From Vicugna vicugna (taxonomy: Eukaryota): 64,000 nt of DNA. Both the position numbers and the translations under genes were made by a program. Below are positions 12,430 through 24,755 of this stretch, in pieces (position 1 is the first letter of the stretch; each line of letters starts with the position of its first letter). The stretch spans positions 984,777 to 1,048,776 of the forward strand of contig MU058337.1 of assembly GCA_013265495.1 (NCBI GenBank). The letters run 5' to 3'. The notes below the pieces were generated by a model. The model did no database searches. It was not told the origin of the DNA and saw only the letters and a program-made list of their open reading frames with translations.

Positions 12430-13480
12430 AAAATCCCATATGAGATAAAAATACTGTCTTCCTCCTCTTTCCAGCATGCTCTTCTCTAGAGCCCTCTTTT
12501 TTAAAAAAGCATTTTAATATTCCTGTTACTATCGCTGAGGGTCATATTTTGAGCTCTTTATTTTCCTGATGTGAACACACTGAATACCTTTTTTGTTTCG
12601 TTAATAACAAAATAATCTCTAGCTGATTTCAATTGTGCAAATGAAGTTTTCCTATGGTGTTTTTCTCTTGGTAATAATACCTCTTGAATAAATAGATGAT
12701 TTGTTTTCTGATGTATAGCCAGCATTGCATGTATATATTTCTAACTTGGGATTCCAGTAGTAGTGAAAAATTTATCTCATGCATACATCTCACCCATGGC
12801 TGCACACCAATACTGACTAGGGAGCTCAAAAAACAAAAACAAACAAACAAACAAAAAAACAAGACACCAGCCAACCAAGGTTATATGTTTTAAAATGATT
12901 AAGTGATACGTATTTGGTTAAGAGCAAATCAACAGCACTGTGATTAATAATGTTAACAAATGTAATTCCCAAAGCAAAAGTTTTATGAAACAGAAAAGTG
13001 AAGGACAATATGATTTGCTAACAATATGTTTTTTAAGAGGTAGATGTTGGAAAGGAGGAAGGAAGGAGAAGGAGAAGGAAGGAATATGGTTAGAGTTCAA
13101 AATAAGAGTATCCTCTATCTACGGCATAGTAAAACTTACAGTTTTAGCCATGTCCCTACACCTATATTCAAAATTGACGTCGTTTGCCTCTTCTGAATCT
13201 AAATGGAAAAGCACAGCATTGGTACATGAAAAGCTCTTGAGAAGGAGTCTGGCTACCTTTCAGGATGTGTCTTGAGTACTTGACTCACTTTATACAAAGC
13301 TGCCCAACCTGCAGTCCCTCACAGCATCTGTTGGCTCCCCAAGCTGGCATTTTAATTGGAATAGAGCATGAATTGGAATAGCTCAGTCCCCTCACTTTCT
13401 CCTGGGTGATTTCATTTGTCTGAATTTTAGAGACTGCCTGAGATGTAATTTGTTTTATTCCTCTAGCTCTGTTCCTCAGT

Positions 13481-13520
13481 AAGAAAATAAGATCCTCAAT
13501 GAGAAAATAAGATTCTCAAT
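13481..13520 (+). repeat. 20-bp tandem duplication
   Basis: aagaaaataagatcctcaat / gagaaaataagattctcaat. Confidence 0.85.
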
Positions 13521-14081
13521 GAACTTGATTTAACTGGGGTTTCCTGGCCATCAATCATCACAACAATCTGAGTGTAAACCTACGGCTGAAAATAAAATTA
13601 TCTTCTCAAATCTTTGTCATGAAAATCCCTGAAGATGAATATTGCTTTGATACTAATCTGAGTAATTTTTCTAACATTTTATACAGATGGTATTAAATAT
13701 ATCAAAAATCTTACCCTGAATGGGCTGAAGACTATGAGGAAGATGCAAATTCTCAAGTCAAGAAATTTCCTGAGGTGTTTTCTGACGTTTTGACTTGCAA
13801 TGTGCCATTATTGTTTTAAAAATATATGCTTTACCTTAAAATTTTATGTTGATATATCCGTGTAGACAAGGCACATTTCTATATTTTATATTTGTCATCT
13901 TAAATCAACCTTCCAAGAAGATTTTAATTTTTTTTCTATTTGTTACAATGTCTTCATTCATATTCATCAAAGTAAATGTCTTTCAGTTAGAAACTGCCTC
14001 TTGCTGCACTTTATATTGTAAGGATAAAAGACTGTACATTGTACAAAGTTCTCATATTATCAAAATGCTCCATGAAAGTCT

Positions 14082-14285
14082 AGAATAGTATTGGTCTGGT
14101 AGAACTTTCTTTAAAGAGGGAAATGTGCTGTATGTCTGCTTTCCAGTATGAACACACGCAGCTTCCAAGGGCTTGAAATGTGGCTAGTGCAACTAAAAGA
14201 CTGAATCTTCAATTAAAAAATTTTTTATTCACTTCAGTTTTAAAGCCCTGTGTGGCCAGTGGCTGCCACTTGGAGAGTCCAGCTA
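14082..14285 (+). mobile_element. MER3 hAT-Charlie DNA transposon
   Basis: tagaactttct...ggaaatgtgctgtat...cttgaaatgtggctagtgcaactaaaagactgaat...gtgtggccagtggctgcc follows the recalled MER3 consensus. Confidence 0.8.
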
Positions 14286-16779
14286 CAGGGGAAAAAAAAC
14301 TTTACAAAGTTAGATTTTACCAACTTAAGTTTTACTGCTAGCTTTTCCTTAGGCTACAGGGAATTTTGAAAGTTTTGACTTGCTAAATTTTTGCAAGAAT
14401 TTAAGCTGATGAATAAATAACTTTCAGTGGTTGCCGACGGTACCTGAGAGTAAGAAATAATCAGTTGGAAAACTAGACTAGCAAGACCTCAGCAGGAAAT
14501 GAGAGGCTGGAGCCTGAATCCTGAGCGTGACGTCCCCGCTGCAGAGAGCACCTGTGTCTTGTGCAGTGAAAGCTTCTGCATACAGTTTCTTTCCAGATCT
14601 CACTGAATGCGTTGGTCTTTTTTCCCTTTAATCCATTCCCTTTTGTTTTGTGACAGTCCCCCCTCCCAGTCCCTTGTGAAGAGCCTACATTTTTCTCTTC
14701 ATGCCTTCTTTGTCTCTTTACCTTTCTAAGTAATTTTCCTCACCCATTCATTGTTGCTACAGGAAAATGGTGGTGATTTTAGTAATAATGTTAAGACACG
14801 TGGTCGGGCGCCTTTTTGTTGGAGGTGCTTAAAGCTCTCCTGTCGATGTGAATATCCCCCAAGACACATGCTAATGATTAGGGATCTTTCCTGTTCCTTT
14901 CCGCTTCTTCACTAAGCCACTGTCTCACGTGAGGCCTGGGGAGAATGTCCAGGGTGACCTCTTCAGACACTGCGCGATGGCACACTGATTTATATTCTGC
15001 CTGCTTCTGTCCCAGAGGTCAGACAGAGGGAGGCGCTGGTGGGCTGTGTTGTTGTTACTTCTTGCTGCCTCTGTGAACTCAAACTCCCACGGTCACTGCT
15101 TAAGACCTGCACTTTCCCTTTCATTCTAATCTCATTCCATTGTCATTACTTTTTGTTTCCTACGTTGAACTTACTAAATTCAGTTCACTCTCAGTCAAAA
15201 TAACAGATAACCTCACGTCTCCCTTGAGAAGCAGAGTGCTCTTCCAAGTGTGTGTGATCCAGCGGCACATTGCCCTTGTGATCTCAGTGTATAATGCTTT
15301 CTTTCTTACTATATGAGGCAACTCTTTTATTTTTTTCCCATGAAACATCTTTTCACCAAAGTTTTTTTTTTAAGTGCCTTTTACATCTGTATTTGTGAAA
15401 ATAAGCAAACTGTATCCTTTTTTCTCACTTGCTTTGATCACGTATGCAAATCAAATTCATTTGGGGTGTATCATAAAAAAAAACATTGATTATCCATGTC
15501 TGTCAGGATCATATAAGTAAAAAGATATTGTATTTCAATGGATGACACTAGATCAAAAAAAATCGAAGATAAATGGACTATTCATTCTTGAATCTCAAAT
15601 TTTGCCTCTGTTATATTGAAGAAGAAAACGGGATCACGTGATTAGGAGTGACTCACGTAATCTTTTGTCCTCATGCCTCTCAACCAATAGATTATTGGTG
15701 GCCTTAATCTAGAGTCATTGTAGCGTTTCCAGCTGTTTTCTTCTTCTCCTTCATGTTAATCCAAGAAGATAAAAAGGCCAAGCTAATTTAAAATGAAACT
15801 GAGTGAGAAGAACTTACTCCCTGGCTAGGAACTGTTCAGTTGCAACTCTAAGTACATTTTTACAGGTAAGAAATCAATCCTTACAAAGAGTTCTTCTAAT
15901 GGAAACACTAGAATTCTTAAAGTCCCTCAGTGGAAACCATCAAAAATGTGTGCAATGACTGTCAGAGAAATCTACCTTTTCATCCGGAAGCTTGCCATTT
16001 AACTAGTTAGTAAGTTTTGGAAAATATCGCCGAAAGATGAAACCAAGCATCCACTTAATGTTTGGTAATTTATCATAATCTCCAAACTAGCATTTTCTTC
16101 CAGAGAAAACATAAACCCTAATTTTCTTGCGTCTAAACCATCTTGCTAGGTATTCAGTGGCAAAAGACTCTGGTGAAACCATTCCGAACTGAGAAATGTT
16201 TTTTGATCAGATACTGTAATCTTCAGAGATGCTCCTGAGGAATCTGAACAAATAAATACAGCTGAACAATCCTTTTGAAAGTCACACCGTTTACCCCATG
16301 GGAGTTCTAAGTGACTTCTCGCTCTGCTCTGAAAAACAAAGCAAGTAGTTTAAAAAACAACTTGATCTTTGAAAGAGGGAACAAAGAAGATGAAAGCATA
16401 AAAAGTACCCTACACTCCCTAACAGGATTTCAAGCTTTAATTTTTGATATTCAAGCAGGATTCTGCTTTGTTCTCATAGGAAAAAGATTGTTAAATGTAA
16501 TAATAGCACAACTCAATGTATAATGTAAAAAATGAGTTCTGTGGCTTGGACTTGGGATAAGGCAGGAAAGAGCTGAACCCTGAAGGGTGAAGAAAGTGAT
16601 TGTTGTCTTTGTTGTTGCAAGAATACTTACAGCCTGAAAATCTACGAGAAAAAATACTGTGTCCTGCTCGAAGCATGTCTTCAAATGAATTTTTTTAAAT
16701 GCACAGATGAAGAGTGTACAAAATGCTCTGGCTTTCGGGGAAATGAAGTGTTGCTGTTGGTGCAGAATGAGATCGAGGC

Positions 16780-17020
16780 ATGTGGGTGGAGGGGGAGAAA
16801 GACACTCCAGGTACCAGTAAGGTCAGCGGAGCCGAGGGGAGGAAGTGCTGGTTTGGGGAAGAACATGATGGATTCTGTCTTCTATGTGCTGAGTTTCAGT
16901 CTGAGGTGATACTTGCTCCTCCAGGAGGAAATGCCTGTGCTTCATTCAGAATGTTGGACTAGACCTCAGGGGAAAGTTAGTATCTGGCATAGATGTCTGG
17001 ATTCAGGAAACACCCACCTT
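16780..17020 (-). mobile_element. L2 fragment
   Basis: ggtttggggaagaacatgatggattctg...tgtgctgagttt...ccaggaggaaatgcc...cctcaggggaaag. Confidence 0.55.
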
Positions 17021-19264
17021 AAAGCAAAAATCTGGGGAAGGGGTTTCATTTGGGCTGAATGTCCAAGAAAGAAGTCCCTTATTTTAAGTTTTTTGTTTTT
17101 TTGTTTTTTTTTTTTTTGAGAGGGAGTTATTTTGGAGAAAAATATTGAAAATATGACTTCTTCCTGCATGGTTGATAGACAAAGAGTATTTTTTTTCCTA
17201 TTTGATGTGATTTCAGCTTCTTCTGGCAAACAGTTCTCGAAAAAGATACAAAGGAGGAACAGTATATCAATGCATAAAATGATAAAGATCGTTTTCTTAG
17301 GATCTCAGAGTCAGGCTATATTATTAGACAAAATTATCATTAAAATGTATTGACTTGGAAACCCAAGTTTCACCTGGTGCGGTGGGAGTCTGTGTAACTC
17401 ATGTCAATTACAGGTCTAAATGCAGACGGTCTAAGTTACGATCTAGGACACATGCATTTTTTGTGTCTAACTTTTTAAAAAGCAAGTGAAGTAAAACTTT
17501 AGTCTGGATTTCACTCTATGCTAGAAACATAATACAAAGTAAATTTTAAAATTTCAACAAATTCATGACTTGCTACTGATCAACATGAAAACCATGCTTT
17601 TCTTTGCATAAGCCACTCAGGTAAAAAAAAAAAAAAGCTATTGTTCATTTAACAGACACTTGCTAATTTGTTTCCAGTTTTAGAAATCGACTTTCAATGT
17701 CACAAAGCCATAATGAAGAGCAAAATTACCCCAGGCTGACATCTTCCATGCATCTCTTTGATTCTGGTACCTCAAAATTAAATAGCTATCTCCAGCTATT
17801 ACAATAGCTGCTTTGTGAATTAAAGTTAGCATCAAGTTGCATAGTGATCGTGTTCTTGCTCAGCTAACACACTGTAAAGTGCTGATGATGTACTTCTTTG
17901 ACCATCAGAAATTGTAAGCATATTTTGCTGTGGGAAAAGATGGCTCTTACTTAAATAAATAATAGTCAAGACATACTTATTATCTGCTGATTATCAGTTG
18001 GGATCAGATGGTAACTCTCAGCAGCTACAGAAGCTAAACACAATTTGTAGGCAAAGACGAATATGTCTTTCCTTTGACATTATAACAACAATGTACAACT
18101 GGAAACAGATTTGTAACTTATTGATTGGTTCCCCATATACTACCCATATATTATATTTCAGTATTTTCATCACAACACTATGAGATAAGCAGGGGGATAT
18201 TATTTTCTTCCCTGAGGACTTTGTTTTGAGTCAACTATGGAAATTAGGCTGCTCAGAGCAAGGGAAGGAGGAAGTGAGAGAGAAGCTTCAAAAGATGTGT
18301 AGGAACCAGATCACGGAAGTTCCCAAAACACTGATTGACCTTGGACATGAAGAACCTACGTCAGAGGAACAAACAAACACCCGTGAGGACAAGCACATCG
18401 GTCTCCTTAAGACTGAAATTCATATTCATCCTTTTCTTGTCTTTCAGAGGAAAAATTGATCTGTTCCCGTAAGATGCCAGGTCACTCTGATAAAGCTCAC
18501 ATAGCATTTACATAATAAATAAATAGTGGCTTGAATACACAGCTCTTGAAAGTGACAGTACGCACTATAATGACGGCTTTCTTCTTTGACCATCAGGAAC
18601 TACAAGAAGCCTCTTTTCTGCAGCAAAATCACCGTAACAATTAATATTTATTTTATCAGCATCATAACATTGTTCTGACTCAGGCGTTTGCAGTGTCATT
18701 GCATAGAGTCAATACTACAGGTGGTGGAACAATTTATTGCAGGATTTGAAATGACTTCCTGTGGAGGGAAAGCTATATGGCAATTTTTGACACAAAGCGA
18801 CAGCACAGATTGTTGCAAAGTCCTTGACATGCCTTTTAATTGATGAACAACTTTACTATAGTCTGCAAGGCTAACCTGATTTTTGGAACTTCAGAAGTTG
18901 TTGGCACTGCTTTATCCAGTAGTTTTCCTCGGTGACTGGATTAGGGAGGAGGGGACGGGGACCGTCCGACTGACCAACCACACAGGGTGTGTTTGGCAGT
19001 GTTGAGTGCCTCGTGGAACCCACAGTGTGGGAATCAAAGAGCGACACCACGTCTCTCCTCCTCCCTCTCAGCTGTCCTGGAGCCAGGACAGAGCATCTCT
19101 CAGCTCCGCTTACGTGTACGGCGCCGGCTGCTCATCTAACGCTGTAGGTAAAAGAAATAAAACTAAAGCTTTGAAACAAACAAGGAGACTGAGGGTGGTG
19201 CTAGTAACTATGTGAAGGCCCTGCTCCAGCTCCCTCTGTACATGCAGATGCCAGCCGGTCCACT

Positions 19265-19790
19265 TTTCCATTCATATCTTTAAAAAATATTTAGTGTGCG
19301 CCTTCTGTCCGCCCTCCAAGAATAAAGTTCAATGCTGGACAGTAGATGAAGGCAGATACAGCCCTAACTTCTACCGGAGTCTTACTGGTAGGATCTGGAT
19401 GAGGATGCCCGGTAACCAAGTCCACGAGGGCATAACCGGCACGTGCCGTGCTAAGTGCCGTCGAGGAAACAGCCAGGGCTGCCACAGGGAGCGGTGGGCG
19501 TGGGGGGGTGGGCCACGCTGAAATCACTCGAGTGGTCTGGGAGCTTCCGGCGGGAGACACATTTACACTGAAATCTGAAGAAGGAGAGGGAAGAGGTGGG
19601 GGACACGGCAGGTGACATTCAAGCACGTAAAATGAATACGATGCAGAAACGAGATGCACACCACGTGGCAGACTCCCGGCAGGGAGACCGTGGGGGGCGG
19701 GGGGAACGGTGGAGAGTGAGGCAGTGGTCAGACGCTGGCAGGGGCTCAGAGGGGGACTTGGGGTGTCAGTCAAAGGCTTGAGAGCAGAGA
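19265..19790 (-). mobile_element. L2 3' fragment (GC-enriched)
   Basis: cattcat...aaatatttagtgtgcgccttctgt at the start; gcttccggcgggagacacatttacactgaaatctgaagaa internally. Confidence 0.65.
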
Positions 19791-21661
19791 GCAATGAAAT
19801 TTGCATCCCACTCCCTGCCTGTCCTGTGAAGACCGGTTGCACTGGGGCCAGAACGTGAGTGGCTAAGAGGGAACGGCTTGGCTGAAAGCTGGTTGTGGTG
19901 ATGGAGAGAGGGGACCCCTTGGAGATATTTTAGACGTTCTTTGGTGCTATGATGATGGCAGGTAAGAATATTAGTCTTGCTAATAGAGCAAAAGTTGGAA
20001 GACAATTGAGAGATCATCTGTCCAACAAAAGTAATTTTTTTAGGTGATGACCCAGGGAGCTTTATAACACACCTCAGCCTCACATTTAAAGAGTTATACA
20101 ATCCATAAAGCAAGTCTTGTGACTGCGGTGCCGCCCTGCAAAGTGGATCTCTAGACAGAGAGGCACAATAATGTGCACGTGGCTGTCACTTTGAATTATT
20201 TATGAATTCTATATTAATTAACATTGCTCAAAGAATTAAGATACATGGAAAATTAATTCAAAACATATCATTCGTAACTTGTTCAAATACTGTGAAAGAA
20301 ATTTACCACAGGAACAAAATACAAAGCTACTTCATTCTGTAAATTAAGTAAAAGAAAAGTCCTGGCATTGAAGGTGTCTGGCCGTCCCTCCGTGTTTCCT
20401 TTTCTGTCCTCCTTGCTCAGAGCCTGACAGCTCCTGCTGGGCGCTCACCTGGAGCGGGACCTGCAGAAGAGAGACAGAAGGACCTTCGCAGCAAGGGTCC
20501 CCCTTGGCTCCGCTGTGAGGACACCAGGCTTCTGCAGGGATGTGGGGAGAAGGGCAGGGGAGGCTGAGTGCATGCTTAAAGCCAGAAAGTCTGATTAAGG
20601 ATCAGTCACTGGTGGTGCCAAACCCTCTTTGCAAAGTTTCCATCCTTCTCTGAGCTGGGGAGTAAGCTGGGAAATGGACTTGGAGGCCAGTTTGAACCAG
20701 TTGAAAAAGCAGGGGTGAGGGACTAACTGTTCTGTTCATCCAAGGCTTTAAGAATTTGGAGGTTTTTCAATAGCAAGAGCAGTGCTAATTAGGAAATAAG
20801 ATTTCCAAGACCTTCCAGAGCCAGCGGGCCCTCCCACACGTCCCGGCCGACGTCCATTGTTGGACGGGCTTTACTGCCTCTGCCGGGCCGTGGGGAGAGT
20901 CACCTCGCGGAGTCTCTGTCAGCTCTCCACTCCTCGCTGCTCTCGCAGCTCCTCCGATCCGTGGTCTTCACATCACCAGTGGTGATAAAGCCTGCGAAAT
21001 AGACATTCCCGTTTTGCAGGCAAAGACTTGAGTGTTAGAATAACGGAATGACTTTTGCAGGACCCTCCCTCCATAGCAGAGCCTGGATTTGTGTCAGCTT
21101 TCCAAACAACAGTAAAACACATGCCTATCGGATGCCAGACAGTTTTTTAAGGGCTGGTATTAATCCTAAAGTCCTCACTCAATGAGCAGAGTGTCATCAA
21201 CAACCTATTTTATACACGGGGAGAAGCTGAGCACCATGCTCACCGTCACAGGACTAATGACGAGGAGTCTGGAGCTGAAGAGAATTCGTGTTCTTACGCA
21301 GAAGGCTTCACTGCGTTTATTAAAATGGCAGGTAATTATTTGGAGCCGATATCCAGAATTCCAGGTGCCTCTGTTACCCCAAGCCAACCTGCTGGAGATG
21401 CTGTAAGTGGACAGTGACCAGCCAGGGCACCAGGGCGCGCTGCAGCTCCGCTGGTGTCCACACCTGACATCAGACGCACGGCATCGCCATGGTTTATGAA
21501 AACTGTGCTTTGGGCTCTGCTGACAGCGTATTTCCATCAACCATCGAATATCAGAGTTGGAAGACTCTCAAGGAAGGAGGAAAAAGGTTAACTTCTTTTG
21601 GTGCAGGCAACTTAAGTCTAAATGAATTAAACAATGTGTTTAATCTAAAATGGAGAGTAAA

Positions 21662-21795
21662 GGGGGGTGGGTAGAGCTCAGTGGTAGAGCATGTGCTTAG
21701 CAAGCATGAGGTCCTGGGTTCAATCCCCAGTACCTCCACTAAAATAAATAAACCTAATTATGCTCCCCCTCAAAAACATTTTTTTAAATAAAAAT
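21662..21795 (+). mobile_element. Camelid tRNA-derived SINE (Vic-1 type)
   Basis: A/B boxes and A-rich tail. TSD AAAATGGAGAGTAAA (21647-21661) / ACAATGGAGAATAAA (21796-21810). Confidence 0.9.
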
Positions 21796-23239
21796 ACAAT
21801 GGAGAATAAATACCAATAACAAAGGCATCAAGGTGGAAACCCAGGGACTCTGACCTCTGACCCTGCTTTCTCTAGCACCAAGCCCCTCCCAGCTCTCTCA
21901 CCTGTGTGTAACCCGAGCTAATCACAAGACAAAACCACAATGAAATCAGGATCATTCGGAAAAATGCCATGATGGTATCAAGGAGGAATGATACTGAAGT
22001 AGCATTATTGTCTAACTAAATTCAGAGGAAATCAGGATGGCCCCATACCAATACCCCGTAAATTTATTTAGCTACATTTTATGTTTACTTTTAAGCTTCA
22101 AGGTAAAGGCATGCCAGCTCCTCTTCTTTCCCCATAACAAATAATTTTTTGTGTGGTTTGTGTCTTCTCTACAAGGACTCATAACAAAGCTGCCGTTGTT
22201 CGTAGATAAATATCCAGGTTACGTATCTATGCGGATTTAATCCCTTACTGAGAGGATTAAAACCTCCACTCTTAATTAGCAATGGATTATGTGTACAGAC
22301 TACTTGAATAAATTGAGATTGATAGTTTTATAGCTGGTAAAAGTAAGGGCCATCTATAAAGGATTTCTGTGTTGAGTGAAACTCACGAGTAGGTAGGAAG
22401 GCGATGAATTAAAGCAAGAAGGGGTGGGAGGGGGCTCAGTGTGAAGGGACCACAGAGCCAGGAAGGGTGACTCGTGCAGGACTAGCCTCCAGGTGGCTTC
22501 ATCTGCAGAGGAAGATTCAGGAAAGATCTAGTTTCTATTAGTGGTTCTGAGATATTCCTCTTATGTTACGATGCCTCTACCTCCAGCTCACTCCTTTTCC
22601 ACTGGAATTCGTCTTGAAAAAAGAGATGAAGCAAAGGGTATCTTTAGTTAGAACTACCTCTTTCAACTGTAAACACTTCAAATTTTGAAACCACATGCTA
22701 ACATACTAACCCAAAAAGTCCAATTTATATTCTTACAGAATTCTGAAAAACGTGCTGTGACACGGAAATGTGCTGCCGATTCCTGCCTCAGCTGAGACGG
22801 GTTCTCTTTGTATATTTCCTAGAGCACATGTGATTCAGAAGAACCTGGTCTGAATAAAGCACCCATATTTTTCCACATGTCAGTTCCCTCTTTTGCAATG
22901 TGGATGGTAATAGATAAGCACTTCCCAAAGGCACGCTCTGAAGGCAGGCTCTCCTTGACTAACAACACCACGCAGTCACTGCTGTTGTCTGCGTCTGGCA
23001 GGCTGGGAAACTGGGATAAGTGAGCCGTCCAAGGCCACGCACGTAGCCAGAGGCACAGCTGACCTAGGGACCCAGACGCCAGGGACTCCCAAGCCTGACA
23101 CACCACACAGCTTCTTCGTGTTGGGAGGATGAAATGAAACAACGCTCAGCATGAAAAACACCCAGCGATGCGCCTGGACGCGTAACCAGGATTCCATATC
23201 GTTTATCCCAGTATTTTAAACAACTACGACGCTTGTAAG

Positions 23240-23356
23240 TAATGTGTCTGATGTCTAGTGCCCTGTTACACTGTCAGCTTCATGACGGTAGAGCGATGTC
23301 CCCACCATGTAGCACGTGGCAGGAGCTCAAGAAATAACTGTTGCATAAATGAATGC
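23240..23356 (+). mobile_element. L2 3' terminus
   Basis: gcacgtggcaggagctcaagaaataactgttgcataaatgaatg. Confidence 0.55.
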
Positions 23357-23451
23357 TAGTTTCATATTCTTGAAATGGTTCTTTTAATGGGTTATTTTAT
23401 TACCAACTCTCATGAGAGATTATTTTTAGTAATTTTTTGATAAAAACCATT

Positions 23452-23828
23452 TGTACTGGTTTACCAGGGCCGCTGTAACAATGAACCACAGGCTGGGTGG
23501 CTTAAACAGCAGAAATTGATTTTCTCACAATTATGGAAGCCAAAAGTCCAAAATCGAGGTGTCAGCAGGGTTAATTTCCTCTAAAGCGCCCCCTCGACCT
23601 AGAGTCGGCCAGCTTCAGCCTGTGACTTGCTCTCCTCTTCCTGTAAGGACACCAGTCACATTGGACAAGGGTCATCTTAGTGACCTAGACCTCATTTTAG
23701 CTTAATTCCCTCTTTAAAGGCAGTATTTCCAAATACAGTCACATTCTGAGGTGTGGGGGATGGGGGTACAGGGTGTGGTTAGAGCTTCAACTTAAGAATT
23801 TTGTAGTGACCAGTTCAGCCCACAACAC
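23452..23828 (-). mobile_element. MLT1A/B-type solo LTR (ERVL-MaLR)
   Basis: TG...CA bounded. Contains gggccgctgtaacaa...gggtggcttaaacagcagaaatt...taaggacaccagtcacattgga...tccaaatacagtcacattctgaggt...ttcagcccacaaca. Confidence 0.85.
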
Positions 23829-24719
23829 TGTTGTTGCATTAATGCTTCCTTCTGACTTAGAGTTACTTCTAAATCTAAGGAAGTTTCAAATACATGATGA
23901 AGTCCAAGTTTTGTGGACTGATTGCCAAAGCCCTGTTTCCACGTTGGATTGGTGGGTTTCATTGAACCCACAGCTTGCCCTGTAATTTATCAGAACATCA
24001 AATTGCTTGGTGTTCTGACTACACAGAAGACATGGTTCCGTGACTCTACTGTGGCTCTGGCACCACCTCTCTGGGAAGCCTTTTCTTTCTTGAGTCTCTG
24101 AGATAACACCTAATCATCAGCTCAGATTCTGCTCAGGACCCATCTCCACCGAGGCACCTTGAATTTGCCCACACCTGGCCACCTGTGCTCCCACAGCTCC
24201 TGAGATTGGCACGGCTGTCGTGGGGTTACTCCCCAGTGGACTGAGAGCTCCTTGAAGGTGGGGCCATCCTCAACCACAGAGCATCTGCGGGAGGTGGTGC
24301 TCCGTGCAGCTGTGCCCACTGCCCGGCTCCACACCTGCACGTAGGCCAGCTGCCCGTTTCAGAAACCAGTGAGGGTGTCCACATCCTTCTCGTCTGTCAA
24401 ACGGAATTTACGGAATGGATGCTACTTGGGTGCCCTAATTCTGAGATGATGAGGTTTTAAGAGTTAAATGACTTGTCTAAAGCCACATGTTTGATAAGCA
24501 ATGATTTGAAACCCTGAACGTGTTGCACTGACTCTCCATTTTGTGATTTCGATCCTTGCGACAAATCACGTCTTTGCAATGGGCAGGGCCCCCTCAGCTG
24601 TAGTTCAGTTCCATCCAAAAAAAAGAGACTTCTGTGACATCGTTACCTATTCTTTTTACTGTCCTTCAGATTAGAGGTAAAAAAATTGTTCATCATGTTT
24701 CTGTGTCCTGTGGGAGAGA

Positions 24720-24722
<3 letters not shown>

Positions 24723-24754
<32 letters not shown>
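24723..24754 (+). repeat. (GT)16 microsatellite
   Basis: Perfect dinucleotide array. Confidence 0.97.
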
Positions 24755-24755
<1 letters not shown>

